This document shows, piece after piece, positions 1 to 14,989 of a stretch of DNA of 64,000 nucleotides. The notes below the pieces were generated by a model. That model did no database searches, was not told the origin of the DNA, and was given only the letters and a program-made list of their open reading frames with translations. Position 1 is the first letter of the stretch, and the number at the start of each line of letters is the position of its first letter. The position numbers and the translations under genes were made by a program. Source of the DNA: Emiliania huxleyi CCMP1516 (lineage: Eukaryota); NCBI RefSeq assembly GCF_000372725.1, contig NW_005202428.1, positions 2,531,791-2,595,790 of the forward strand, in the 5' to 3' direction.

Positions 1-2776
<2,776 letters not shown>

Positions 2777-3861
2777 GCTCCGTGCCTCGCCTCGCGAAAG
2801 ATCGTCGCGAGGCGTGGAGTGGCGTCAGAGCAGGGGACGCCGTGCGCCGCGAAACGGCCGACAAATCCAGATTTTTTTTTCAGCTTAGCCTTCGATGTTA
2901 TGAAACAACGCAAGGCGGACATGGCATATCGCTCTCGGGCCCACAGACATCCCGCACACTCGCCGCACACCCGCCGCCCCCGCGCGCGCCCCACCCCGGC
3001 CGGGAGAGAGGGGAGTGACAGTTTGGGACGGCGACAGCCCGAGTATGTTGAGTCCTGGCTCAACAACGCAGGGTTCAAGAGGGGGTGGTCCGGCTCACAA
3101 GTCCGGCTCACGCGCCTCGAGCTGACCATCTACCGCACTGAGCACTTCCGCCCCCTCGCTCCCAACCCATCCACCCCGCCCCGGGCCGCGCCGCGCGATC
3201 TCGGGCGATCTCGCGCTATCTCGGGCGATCTCGGGGCCGCGCCGCGCTATCTCGGGCGATCTCGGAGCGTCGCTCGCGCGGCGTCACACCTGCTCAAAAA
3301 GGAAGGAGGTTGGAGGCAGGAGGTCACGCCCCATCCAGAGCGCCGTCGTCGCCGGGTTTTTTTTTTGCTTTACTATCTAGATACTCGCGCGTTCCAAGCA
3401 AGTAAACTCCGACGCGCCCGTGTGGGGCGGCGCAACCGCCTGTATCGGCCCATACGATCGTGGTGTGATTCCCCTAATTAGACGATGTGATTTGAGATTT
3501 TTGCAATCCAAACAACTCAACCTGAGTTGGCAAGGTAAGGGGAATGAGGCTCGGAATGCGTTCTCAGAACGTTCAGAACACCGGCCGCTGGGCCCGCCTG
3601 AGGCGCTGAGACCCGGAGCCTCTCTCTCGGCACTAGCAGCAGACAGGCACAGGGACAGTGACGCGGCTCATCAGTCCTCCCTCAGCCCGACCTCGGACGG
3701 AAGACTAGGGATCCCTTATATAGATGTTAAGTGTGGGTTAAGAGGGAGATTCGCGCGAGCTGCGGGACCGCCGGGACGGCGGGCGGGTGATTGCGACTCG
3801 CCGCCGCTTTTGGCGACTTTTGGCGACTTTTGGGACGCGCGATCGACCGGCCGAGAACGAT

Positions 3862-5082
3862 ATGGCGGGTGAGGCCGTCACGGCCATGATCGTGGCTGAC
3901 GACGGCGGCGACGACCCCCTGGCGGACCGCCGCGAGGACCGGGAGGCGGCGGCGGAGCGGGAGAGGAAGGCGAAGGTGGCGAAGCTCAAGGCGCAGACGG
4001 CGAACGCGATGGAGGTGGTGCGGACGCAGCAGGCCGCGAAGGAGCGGGGAGCCTTCGACGAGGCGGCTCTCACTGCGAACGAGGTCGCGGGAGCGCCGGT
4101 GAAGGGCACCTCCGCCATGGTCAAGAGCATCTTCGATTCCCGACGCGATGGCAAAGATTGGAAGATGGTGCAGCGGCGCGAGCAGCGGAAGACCCAGACC
4201 GGCGCGGGCACTGCCGCGCAGGTTCTGGCGGGCCTGGAGACGGTGGCGGCGTCGGCAATGGAGATGTACCAGAAGGACGGCGCGGACGCACTCACGGTGA
4301 CGGATGCGCACGCGGTGCTGGTGAATGACGTGGCGCTGAAGCAGGGCATGCTGGCCATCTCGTCGAAGGCGAGGTCGAACTACCCGCAGTTCGTGTCGTG
4401 GCTGGCCACATTTGCCACGTTTGTGCAGTGCTTCTTCCCCTGCGGCTGGCGGCACAATTTGCCTATAGATGGGAGCGGAGGGAAGGCGATTGCCATCCAG
4501 CCGAAGCCGGTGGTGCTTTACCTGGCGATGGTTGCCAACGGCCTGGTGCCGATGGGCGGGTTCGTGTGCGACTTCGAGGACGGGTCGGCGTCGTTCGCTG
4601 CACGAGGGATGAAGGTGCCGCACTCGAAGAAGAAGCCGTCGGGCGGGAAGGACAACTTCACGATGAAGACGATCGACCTCTTTTTTGACGGGCTGAGCGG
4701 CTGGTCGCGCGCTCACAATGTGCTGGCGCCGCAGGACGACCCGGAGTGGAAGGTGATGATCAAGGCGATGAGGAAGGTGTGCAACGTGCGGCTGGATTCA
4801 AACCGGCCCTACAAGGCGGCGGCGCTGTGCCCGGTGACCGTGGCGTCGCTGATGTCGACCCTGTCGGTGACGAATGCGGGGGACGTGAACTTCGCCGCCG
4901 TGATGGCGCTGGGGCTGGCGTTCTGGATGCGGCCGAACGAGTGGTTTTTCCTCGACGTGGAGTGCTTGGCATTTGTGGAGATGCAAGGCATGGAGCTGCT
5001 GCACATCCTGTTTGTGATCTCGAAGGCGGACGAGTTCAGCTCGGGAGTCGTGCGAGGATCCCTACAAAGGTCGCAGGAATGA
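3862..5082 (+). pseudogene. C-terminally truncated tyrosine recombinase (phage-integrase family; Crypton/DIRS-type)
   Basis: Intronless ORF with a YR core-binding-like region followed by box I (AAVMALGLAFWMRPNE, catalytic R) and the SKxD turn (ISKADEF). It stops before any H-x-x-R or catalytic Tyr. Confidence 0.7.
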
Positions 5083-5197
5083 TCAGAACGGCATCCAGGC
5101 GGCACCGGCCCTACGACTCGGACCGTGCCACAGCCCATCCCCCCAAGCGCCAAGGCAGCCCACCGCCCACCGCCCGGCCCCAGCCGGTCCGACCTCT

Positions 5198-5620
5198 TCA
5201 CACGGCGACGATTGCGCCGCCGGCCGCCGCTGCCAGGGCCGCCGCCTCCGTCGGCGCCAGAACAGGCTCGAGCAGCAGCCACGACTCGTACTCTGCCGAC
5301 GGCGAGCCGTCGTACATCGACGACTCGAGCGAGAGGTCCGTCGCCGCGCCGTTGTCAACGTCGAACTTGGCGACGAAGTTGACGCGGTCACGCTCGATCG
5401 TGCGCCGGCCGTCGTTCACCTTGGCCGTAACCGTGCCCACGCACCAGCCGTAGTGCTCGAAGCGGACCATGATGCGCTGCTCGATGAGCGCGTCGCTGGC
5501 CGGGTTGGTCGGGTCGAGCTGCTCCTCCGTCGGCGAGGCCGCGACAACCTTGAACCCGTCCGGCACGAGCAGCGGCGCCTCCACCATGCCCAGCACGTCC
5601 CCCGCGTCCTCAAAGGTCAC
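5198..5620 (-). pseudogene. Fragment encoding a small beta-barrel (Tudor/SH3-like) domain, probably transposon-derived
   Basis: LIEQRIMVRFEHYGWCVGTVTAKVNDGRR...NFVAKFDVD...SWLLL pattern. No clean start. Next to a CGGG/ACCCG-rich transposon-end-like tract at 5643-5709. Confidence 0.4.
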
Positions 5621-6259
5621 GAGTGGCTCCTCATGCTCCGCTTCGGGTATTTTTCGGGGATACCTGAGAATTCTCGGGTATACCCGGGTTTTACCCGGCC
5701 GGCCACCTGGGTCGGTCCGAGGGTGTTCCAGGAATGATCAGAATGGCGAGGGCCAGAACGTGTTACATGTACATGCACTAGTCAGAACGGACCCCAGTTG
5801 CCGATCCTGCCAACTCAGACTCTAACACTCACACGTCATTTATTTGGGGCCTGGAGCCCCTGCAAAGTGAAGTTTATGGTGGTGCCCCTGCAGACTGATC
5901 TTTATGGGGGTTGCCCTGTTCACGCGCGCGCGAGACGTGCAGACAGGGTTGCCAGGTGAGAGCGAAGTTGTTTTTTGTATTTGTGTATTTGTCCGTTCTC
6001 GACCCTTCGACTGTCCGTGCGTGTGATCACTAACTCTCTTGATTCGCGGGAAGGCGACACGCGCTGATGAGGGATGCTCTGTCATCCTTTGAGACTGGGA
6101 GCGCGCGCAAGCGCACACAACAACGGCTCACGACGCACGCCCACACAAAAGAAAATCCCTAGCACAGGACGGTCGCATCCGAGAGTTGAGAGTTCGAGAC
6201 GTGTCGAGACGTAGCAATCGATCCCGACCGTGATCCCGGACCGTGAGTGAGTGTGGTGA

Positions 6260-6450
<191 letters not shown>

Positions 6451-7057
6451 TATACTCACTCACTCCCTGATCCTAGAGAGGAGCGCAAGCGCACACCTCT
6501 CCCTCTGGACAGGTGGTGGCCCGCCACAAACACGACACAAGCCCCGATTACGCTCGAGACGCGGTGGAAAAAAGAGATGTGAAGGGATTTTTGCTGCGAA
6601 AAATGCGCCGAGGAGCGCCGGCGTGGTGTCGCATGAGAAAAGGCACATGATCACACAGCGCCGACTGGTGTGTCTGTGTGTCTCACGCCTCACACCGCTC
6701 CGACAGAGCAAACATACATGCGTACAAGCTCCTAGAGCTGGACGCGATGTGTGAGGCTACCGCAAAACCGGCCTTTCGTTTCGCGCACCTCTCGCCTCCC
6801 CTGCCTTGCGGGCTCCTTGACAACAGCTCCACCTTGAGTTCTCCCGCTCCGTGCCCGCACTCCCGCGCAGCCCGGGTCTTGTTCATTGCTTGCTGCTCCC
6901 GCCGAGGGACCGGACGTCACCCTGGTCTGGAGACCACGTCAGACCACACCGGCCTTGGGATTTGGCGCGTATCCCGGCTGCTGCCCGTCCTCAAAGGCAA
7001 AGGGAACCTGTACATGACCAGGGGATTGGTGTGAGGGCGGGGTCTCCAGAGGCACGT

Positions 7058-7777
7058 TTAGGACCGAGTTTGGCGCCACGCCTCGTCCATTGAAGAGTAG
7101 ATGCGCGTCTGATTGGCGTAGTCTGGCGTCGCGCGCCGATTCTCGCTGTAGCCCACGATCTTCTTATACTCCTCAAAGTCGATCTGGCCTGCCGCACGCG
7201 GGAGCAGCGGTGAGGAGGCTCTCGCGAGGTGTGCGCGGTGCTGCAGGCCACGACCGTCGCTGTTGAGATCGGCAGAGGCAATCATCGCCTAGGTGGAGGA
7301 GGGAGCGTTGACATGGATGGACCTCCTTCCATGGCCGATCCGCTGATCTATGACATCTGTCTTCGTAAGCCACGCGCGCGCGATCTCTCTCTCTCGCTCG
7401 CTCGCTCTCTCTCGGGCGGCTCTTTTGGGGGCAGACGAGCCTCTGCTCGAGTGCTGGCCTCATCCTTATCACGTAAGGTCTGGAGGAGCGCGCTCTTGAC
7501 CTCGTCGAGGTCAATCTTTCCGGAGTTGTCGAGATCGAGCTTATCGAACGACTCCCGCAGCGCCGCCTGGGCGGTGGGGAAGCGGGGCCATGAGTCGCTT
7601 TGTTGCGTGGTGCGTCTATCCGGCGATCCGCACCAAGTCGCCCAGCTTGCGTTCCGGCCGCAGCAGGTGCCAGGCGTCTGAAGCTTCGCCCTTGGCGAGG
7701 CAGAGGGACCTCGCGAACCGTGTCAGCGGCGTGAGGCGAGCAGACGCCGCACGGTGTGCGGCCGGCAGCCTCCACAT
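7058..7777 (-). CDS. Small two-EF-hand calcium-binding protein, multi-exon, possible N-terminal organellar presequence
   Basis: Exons encode LRESFDKLDLDNSGKIDLDEV and AMIASADLNSDG|QIDFEEY, both canonical EF loops. The N-terminus is Arg/Ala-rich (MWRLPAAHRAASARL). Confidence 0.75.
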
Positions 7778-7933
7778 GCTCTTCGGGCGTCCGTCCGTCC
7801 CTTCGTCAGAGAAGTTTCTCGACAACGCGAGATGCGATTCCTTGTGCGTCAGCGAGATTTTTCAGCGAATTTTTTTCTGCGCGCAAGCGAAATTTTTTGT
7901 CGCACATTTTTTTTTGCGTCCAAGGCACTTGGC

Positions 7934-10900
7934 ATGGCATTTGGCTTCTCCGTTTTGTTCCTTCCCGGCCTGAACGCTGGGCGAAGCTGCGCTCGCTTGC
8001 GCGACGGCTTCTCCTGCGTCGCCAACCCGGAGTGCGGCTGGTGCGCGCACAAATTCTCCTGCGTGCCTGGCAACGAGAGCGGCCCGCTCTCGAGTTTGCG
8101 CTGCGACGGCAACTCGAGCGATGTGGAGCTGCATCGCGCCAAGGTGCTCGACATGAACTACCGGGTACCGCACGTCGAGGGCTGCACCAACGAAGATCGG
8201 TCCAAGTGTGCGCGCTACCACGGGCCGCTGTACACCTATACTGCCGACGAGCTGAACGCGACGGGATACCGCGGCGTCAACTACACGTACAGCGCGCCGG
8301 AGATCTGGGACGTGCTGTGCGAGGCGGGCGGGATGCGCTCCTCGGCCAACTCCACCAAGGGGAGCGGGCACACGCCCTACTGGACGTCGCAGGCGCGCGA
8401 GTCCGCGACACAAGCCTCGACGTCGCCTCCCGGCCTGATCCCCGTCCCTTCTCACACTTCCCTCCCTGCATTGGGACCCGAGCCGTCTCCCTACCCCCCC
8501 TCCCTCTGCTCCAGGCCTGCGACTGCCCCGACGGGCGTGCGGGCATCACCTGCGGCGGCTGCAACGCCGACGCGGGCTGCGGCGCGGGGGAGGAGTGCCG
8601 CCGCTCCTTCTCGCTGGGCAGGGGCGGCAACATCTCTTGCGAGATCGAGGAGATGGTGCCCGACTACATGAAGCTGATGACGCAGTGGTACAACGCCTCT
8701 GGCACGAGAGTCGAGTTTGGCGTCTCGAGCAGCGGAGGCTGCCCGTGGCGCTGGCCTGGGCCTGCCTGGTAGAAGCCGCAACCCTCGCGGTGTGAGCAGG
8801 CTCCTTCTTCCGGATGATGCGGGTGGCCGAGAACCCGAACTGGGCGGGCTTCTACCCCGAGAACGACGCGACGCCGACCCACGGGGACGGAGACCGCATC
8901 CTCTCCGGCGGGATGGTGCTCTTCCTGGAGGCGACGCCTCTGCACGGCGGTAGCTTCTGTTGCACGACGGCACGCGCTGCGGAGTAGGTGCTCTTCACGG
9001 GCGAGGAGACGAGGGCGAGCGACATCGCCTGCCCGGCGCAAGTGGAGGGGGAGGTGTCCTTCCCGTGGTCCGAGGGGGACCGCTGCTTCGAGTGGCAGAG
9101 CAGCGCGGAGCCGGAGAGTCTCGACGCTGTCTGCCCAGAGGACCTGCCTCCCAAGGGGCCAGGCGCAGCCTACCCCTGCCGGGAGAGGTTGCCGGAGAGG
9201 GAAGTCCACACAGGGCACGAGAAGGACGGTCCTCGCCCCCCCTCGCCCGCAGGCACGACCTCGCACTACCAGAACAACGGCTGGGCGAGGTACGCCGAGT
9301 GCAACCTGATCCGCGCTCAGCTCACTCCGCCCGTCCACGTCATCTGCAGAGGGCGGAGCGGGCAGCCCCTCCCGCCCCGCGCCTCCTCGCCGTGTGTCGT
9401 CCGGCTGCCCGTCCGGAGCCTCTCCTTCCGCCTCACCTGCCAGCTGCAGGGCGAGTGCGTCGATCCTGCCCAGATCTCGCCCCCGTCGCCGCCGCCGCTG
9501 CCGCCCGCGGCGCCGCCTGCCGACGTGTCAACGACACGTCCATGCCACGTCCATGACATGTCCACGACACGTCCCTTAGGCGCCGCACTACAGCGACGTG
9601 TGCGGCTCGCCCGACCTGACGACGTATGCACACTGCTGGATGTGGGCCTCGTACGCGACCACGTGGCTCCTCCTCGCCGTCGGCCCGCTCTTCCCCGCAC
9701 CGCTCACGAAGGCGGGCAGCTGCACACGCTGACAGCAGAGCGGTGCGAACAGGCCTGCTCCTCCCCTTCGTGGCGCGGTGGTGCATCGCCCTCGGAACCG
9801 GCGCCTGCCTCCGCCCCGCCCGTCCTCCTTAGCAAGACTGGTGAGACTCACTCTTCTCCACTCGAAGGCTCCTGCCTCCGGCACGCGCGTCCCCCGGCGT
9901 CGCGCCGCTCAGACAGCTTCGGCGCTCGAAGCCCTCTCGTCGCCGCGCCACTCCGCTCCTCGCCGCAGCAGGACCAGGGAGGAGGGACCGCCGACCTCGC
10001 CGCGCCCGCCGCCGCCGACGCCGCCGACGGACGCCGCAGCGCGCTGCGCCCGTCGACGCCCGCCGAAGGGGTCGAGACGTCGGCAGCGCTCGGGCTCCGC
10101 TCCTCTGGCGGCGGCGCCGCACCGCCAGAGGAGCGAGTGTCGACCCGCGACTCACTGTCAACAGGTTCGCCCCTCCGGCGTCGCACCGCCGGACTCCGTC
10201 GGGCGTGCCGCTCCTCGCCGATGTGCAGGCGGCCGCCGCCGCGCGCGAGTGTCCGCCCGCCCGCACGGCCGCAGCAGGCCCCGCCGCCTCTGGCTCCGCG
10301 CTCAGCTGGAGCGGCGTCGCGTACGACGTGGGGCGGAAGCGGATCCTCGAGCCGAACTCGCACCGGCTCTGCCCGGGCCTCTCTTGCCTCATCGGCCCGT
10401 CGGGCGCCGGCAAGTCCTCGCTGCTCGGTATCCTCGCCGGCCGCAAGTCGCGCGGCCGGCTCCGAGGCACGGTCGCGCTGGGCGGCGTGCGTGCGAGCTC
10501 CGCCGAGCGGCGGCTGCAGGCGTGGCACGCGGCGCGGGAGGACGCAGGGCACGTTGCCATGACACGTTCCGAAGAGTGTCCCGCAGGTCGGGTACGTCAC
10601 ACAGGACGACGTGTTGCCCGGCACTTCGACCGTGGCGGAGCACCTGCACTTCCACGCCCGCGTGCGGCTGCCGTGGCTGCCACAGGAGCAGCGGGCCGCC
10701 GTCGTCGCCTCGACGCTCACCGCCCTGTCCCTCACCCGCAAGGCACCCATCCTTCGCCACAGACGCCTCGCCACAGACGCGCAAACTTCGGCTTGTTTCG
10801 GCTCATCTCGGCTCCATCCTGGCTCCGGCTGACAGTGCCCCTCCCCCCCCCCCCCCCGCCAAAGGCCTCCTCCCTCATCGGAGACGCGCACATGCGCGGC

Positions 10901-12790
10901 CTCTCTGGCGGGGAGCGGCGCCGCGTCTCGGTGGCGGTCGAGCTCATCGCTATCCACGGCAGCCCTCGCAGCGTGCTGCTGACAGGTAGCACTCATCAAC
11001 GCGTCCTCGCTGGCAGCAGGCAGCCCGCGCGGCGTGCTGCTGATGGACGAGCCGCTCTCCGGCCTCGACTCGACCAACGCGCGGCTCGTCGTCGCCGCCC
11101 TCTGCGATTTGGTCGGCGTGGCCCTCCCCGCCAACGACGCGGCCGCCCCGCCGCCCGCCGCTCTAGCCGAGCCGGCGGCCGGCGGGGAGGGCGGCGCCGC
11201 GGGCGGCCGAGTCTGCGCTTGCCCGACCATCCTCCTCTCGGTGCACCAGCCGACGTACCGCTTCCTCGAGGCGATGACTGGCCTCGTGGCGATGGCGGCG
11301 GGCGGGCGGCTCCTGTACGGCGGCCCGGTCAAGACTGCGGCCGGCTCGTGCGCACGGCGGCGCAGGCTCTGTCAGGAGGACTCTTGTCGCCCACTCCTCT
11401 CCGTTGTGACTCGTAGGCTCGTGCGCCCTGGCGCAGTGGTTCGACGCAGACGGCGCTTCGCCCCGGCTGGCCCAGATCTCGCCCAACCCCGCGGAGGCGC
11501 TGCTCGACGCGCTTGCGGACCCGAGCGGCGCGATGGTGCTCAAGATCGAGGCGCTGCTGCGGGCGGAGGCAGGCAAGGCGACCCCGCCGGAAGAGATCGC
11601 GGAGCCCGCCGCCGAGGCGGGCGGCTGGCGCGGCCTCCTCGTGCGCGCCGCGCGCCGCGAGTGCGCGCCCGTCTCGTTCGCGATGCAGCTCGACTCGCTC
11701 TCTGCGCGCCATTGCCGCCTGGCGTTGCGGCACCCGATGCTGATCTGGGTCAACCTCGTGTCGACGCTGGTGCTCGCCGTGCTTGCGGGGTTCGCCTTTT
11801 GGCAGACGGGCAAGAACAACGCCCTCGACTCGGGCGTGCTGCAGCGGATCGGGCTCCTCTTCTTCCTCATGCTGGTCTTCATGCTCACCTCCCTCATCAA
11901 CATCCAGCTGTGGCACTCGGAGCGGCTTCTCTACTTCCAGGCGAGACCCGCCGAGACCTGGCCGAGATCTGGCCGAGAGATAGACGGCTGCTACAGTGCC
12001 CACACCCTTCCTCTCATCCTGTTCTCACTTGTCTCCTTCCCACCTGCCTCCTGCTCGGCTTGTGCAGGAGTCGTCCGCCGGCTGCTACGGCCCGCTCGGC
12101 TACGTCGCCTCAAAGTTCCTCTTCGACGCGCTGCCACTGCGCGTGGTGCCGTCGCTGCTCTGCGCGGCGATCGTCTACCCGATGGCGGGGCTACACTCGA
12201 GCGCGCCGCTCGGGGCCGCCCACTCCGCCACCGGCCCGCCGGCGGCGCTCATGTTTGCGCTCGGGCTCTCGCTCGCCAACTTGGTTGGCTACTCGCTCGC
12301 CTCGGCCATCGGGATCGCGTGCCGCTCGCCCTCGGCCGGCATGCAGCTCGGCGCGATGCTCGCGCTCTACTCCTTCCTCTTCTGCGGCCTCCTCGTCAAC
12401 AAGGCGACGCTCGAGAGGATGGGCGAGCACCTCGCACAATCGGGCAGCGCGGCGCTCGGCGGGCTCGTGCGCGCGCTGCCGGCGACCTCCTTCATGTTCC
12501 GCTTCCTCGAGATGGTTCTCGTCAACGAGCTCGGCACCATCGGCGCGCCGATGGTCGACATCGAGCAGCGCGCCATTCCGGGCTCGCCGCACTACCCCGC
12601 GGTGCACGTGCCCGGCCCGTACATCCTCGACTTCCTCGGGTACAACCACGGCGACGAGGGCGCCGCCGGCTGCTGGCTCGACATGCCGTGCGCCGCGTGG
12701 GCCGACCTGCAGGCGCTCGTGCTGTGGCTCGTGGCCGGGCAGGCCTCCTGCTACCTGCTGCTCCGCTTCTTTGTGAGCGACCCGCACTGA
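7934..12790 (+). CDS. ABCG half-transporter with a large Cys-rich extracellular N-terminus (ADP1-like), multi-exon
   Basis: Signal peptide-like start, PSI-like C..C....CGWC.....C, EGF-like CDCPDGRAGITCGGC, Walker A GPSGAGKSS (~10394), YVTQDD, signature LSGGERRR (~10901), Walker B LLMDEPLSGLDS, H-loop SVHQP and a C-terminal ABC2 membrane domain ending VSDPH*. Confidence 0.9.
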
Positions 12791-13043
12791 GTCTGAGAGG
12801 GATCGGCGCGGGGTCACAGTTAGAGCTGGAGGCCGATTCGCGCAAACCTAACCGGAGCCAGGCGGCATGGCCATGTGTGTATGTTTTTAGCTGTGTCTTC
12901 TATTTTGATTCGGAGCGTCGGCAGCGACATCTACGTCGGAAGTCTATACACGCGCAGCCCAGAGACGGCGAGAGAGACCGCCTCCGCTCCGCGCACGCAA
13001 GTCCGCGCGCGAGCCGGCGCGCGGCGGCAAACCCCCCGGCTGT

Positions 13044-14324
13044 GGCTAGTCGTCTGGGGGGGGGGACCCCCCATCTTTGTTTACCGAATGCGTCTCTGGA
13101 TTAGAGTGCGTCTAGTAGGCGTCCTACTTAGACGCTCGCTGAGAACCTGGTTCTCCAGGAGGGGCAGGCCGCGAGGAGAGACCTCACGCGAGCACTCAAG
13201 GCAGGGCCCCCAGGGGAGGGTGCCGAGAGATCACACCGCCTTTTCGTGCTCCCTGGTCCCCCCTCGGTGCCCGGTGCACCCGACACACACACGGTGTCTC
13301 CTGATTCCCTGTCCAAGTATAGTAAAATGTGATCTAGTATGCAAGTGCCATCTCAGAACAGCTGTGCATCTATAGATGCTTGTGGCGTCTAAGATGGAAC
13401 GCGCAACAAAAGACACGGCGCGGCCATCTCCAGGACAGCCGTCGCATCCTAGAATGCCCTGTGTACCCGAGACACATGGTATCTTTGAGATGAAAAGTGC
13501 GTCCTAGAATGCGTTTTTGCATTCTAGGATGCATCGGTAAACAAAGATGGGGGGGTCCCCCCCCAGACGAGTGCCATTTCACTCTCACTGACACGCTAAT
13601 CTTGAAAACGTCTCCAACGGAGCTCCGTGTTGCTTCCAGCGCCCTCCCCCGCGCTCCCTGCGGCCATGGCCGATGCTCCTAGGAAGAGAGGTCATCTGGC
13701 TACCGCGAGAGCGACCCAACTCGTCGACATCGTCCGATGATGGTGCCGCAAAGTCAGCCTTCGGAGGCTATCGTGGGGTCGAGCCGGCAGTAGCCGTGAC
13801 ATGTGGTTCCACCACCCCTCGTAGGCTTTGCCTCTGACCGCCACCGTTCCCAGGCTGCCTAATGGGATGGAAAGGAAGGCTCGGCGAGCGTATAGAAGCG
13901 TGCTCGACCTCGTCGTGCCAACCTGTACGGCAGCGCTGGTAGGCGCGATGAGCGTCGTGCCACCTGACCCGAGACGGGTCGCAGGCGTCGTACCGAGCGC
14001 GTCGAGACCGTGTCCTGATGTGATCTGCACGGGTGAGTCACGTCGGCGTCAAAGGAGCGACGTGCGACCTGTCAGAGCTTGATCTCCGATCTCAGCGGCG
14101 TCGAGTCGTCTCCGGCGCGCGACAAAGGTACATCCCCAGGACGCGCAGAGGCAGCTGCGACCCCGCCGAGTGGACGGCGTCACACAGCGCCACCTGCTGT
14201 GTGCAACCGTCTACTCGGCGGGGTCGCAGCTGCCTCTGGAAGGCACCGACATGTACCTTTTTGCGCAAATGGTCAAATCAAGGTTTTGTAACGCGAGCTG
14301 TGCCACAGTGAAATGGCACTAGCC
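13044..14324. mobile_element. Non-autonomous TIR element (18-bp TIR, 3-bp TSD TGT) whose left TIR is split by a nested MITE
   Basis: Removing the inner element and one AGT restores GGCTAGTGCCATTTCACT, the exact reverse complement of AGTGAAATGGCACTAGCC (14307-14324). TGT lies at 13041-13043 and 14325-14327. Confidence 0.8.
13051..13569. mobile_element. MITE, ~520 bp, ~40-bp TIRs, 3-bp TSD AGT
   Basis: CGTCT(G)nA(C)nATCTTTGTTTACCGA at the left end and its reverse complement at 13531-13569. AGT at 13048-13050 and 13570-13572. Internal perfect hairpin TCCTAGAATGC...GCATTCTAGGA at 13502-13529. Confidence 0.85.
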
Positions 14325-14989
14325 TGTGTGGCCGGTGGCTAGAGACGAGCGGCCTACCTCCAACGGCACTCGCTTGCTTTCTTTCGCTCCAGTCCTGCGG
14401 ATCTTAGTAGACCGGAGGGCTTTGTAGGCTACGAAGCCTTCACACTCCAAGGGGCACCTCCAACGGGGCAGTCTGCTCACGTGCGAGGAACACCTGCCCG
14501 GCCTCGGTCCGGGTGGAGGGTGTGGTTTGGCGCCGACAGACAGTGGAGGCCTAAGCCGAACCCGCCGGGCCGCTGGCGGGGTGACGGTAGAGACCACCAC
14601 TGCAAGACCCACAGCCCCTCGTCGTGTCGTGTCTCCTCCCTCGCTAGGGCTCCCTCGACGGGGACTCGTAACGAGAGACCTCTTTTTAAGCGGACGTGGT
14701 ATATGTACACACAAGTCGGGGTATACGGGGAGAGACTCCATCAGCATCACACCCGCTCGCCCAGGGAATCTACAGCGCTGTCTCAAGGTCCGGCCTGTGG
14801 GCTCCGCCTGCGCTCGGCGGCACCGGGCACACGTGTGAAAAAAAAAGGACGAAACGGTGTGAGCTAGAGCTTCCGCCCGCGACTTAACGCAGACCAAGAC
14901 GCGCGCAAGAGACGACTCATGCACATCGCACACGACACCGCGAGTGAGTGAGCGCCCGCTCATGTTCCTGCCGCGCGGCGTCAGCGCCG

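Larger units (their letters stand above)
3522..5818. mobile_element. Composite non-autonomous DNA element with CTGAG...CTCAG termini carrying TE-derived cargo
   Basis: 11-bp TIR CTGAGTTGGCA (3522-3532) / TGCCAACTCAG (5808-5818). Imperfect flanking repeat AACTCAAC / ACTCTAAC. CAGAAC-like subterminal motifs at both ends. Same terminal pentamer as the elements at 33841 and 54877. Confidence 0.6.

Noticed and set aside
3787..5082. Active integrase or provirus
   Set aside because: The catalytic C-terminal half (HxxR, Tyr) is missing and no viral, RT or capsid genes are nearby.
9778..11332. Long overlapping or antisense ORFs here and across the window
   Set aside because: These Arg/Ala/Pro-rich shadow ORFs are expected in very GC-rich DNA; the real frames are identified by domain motifs.
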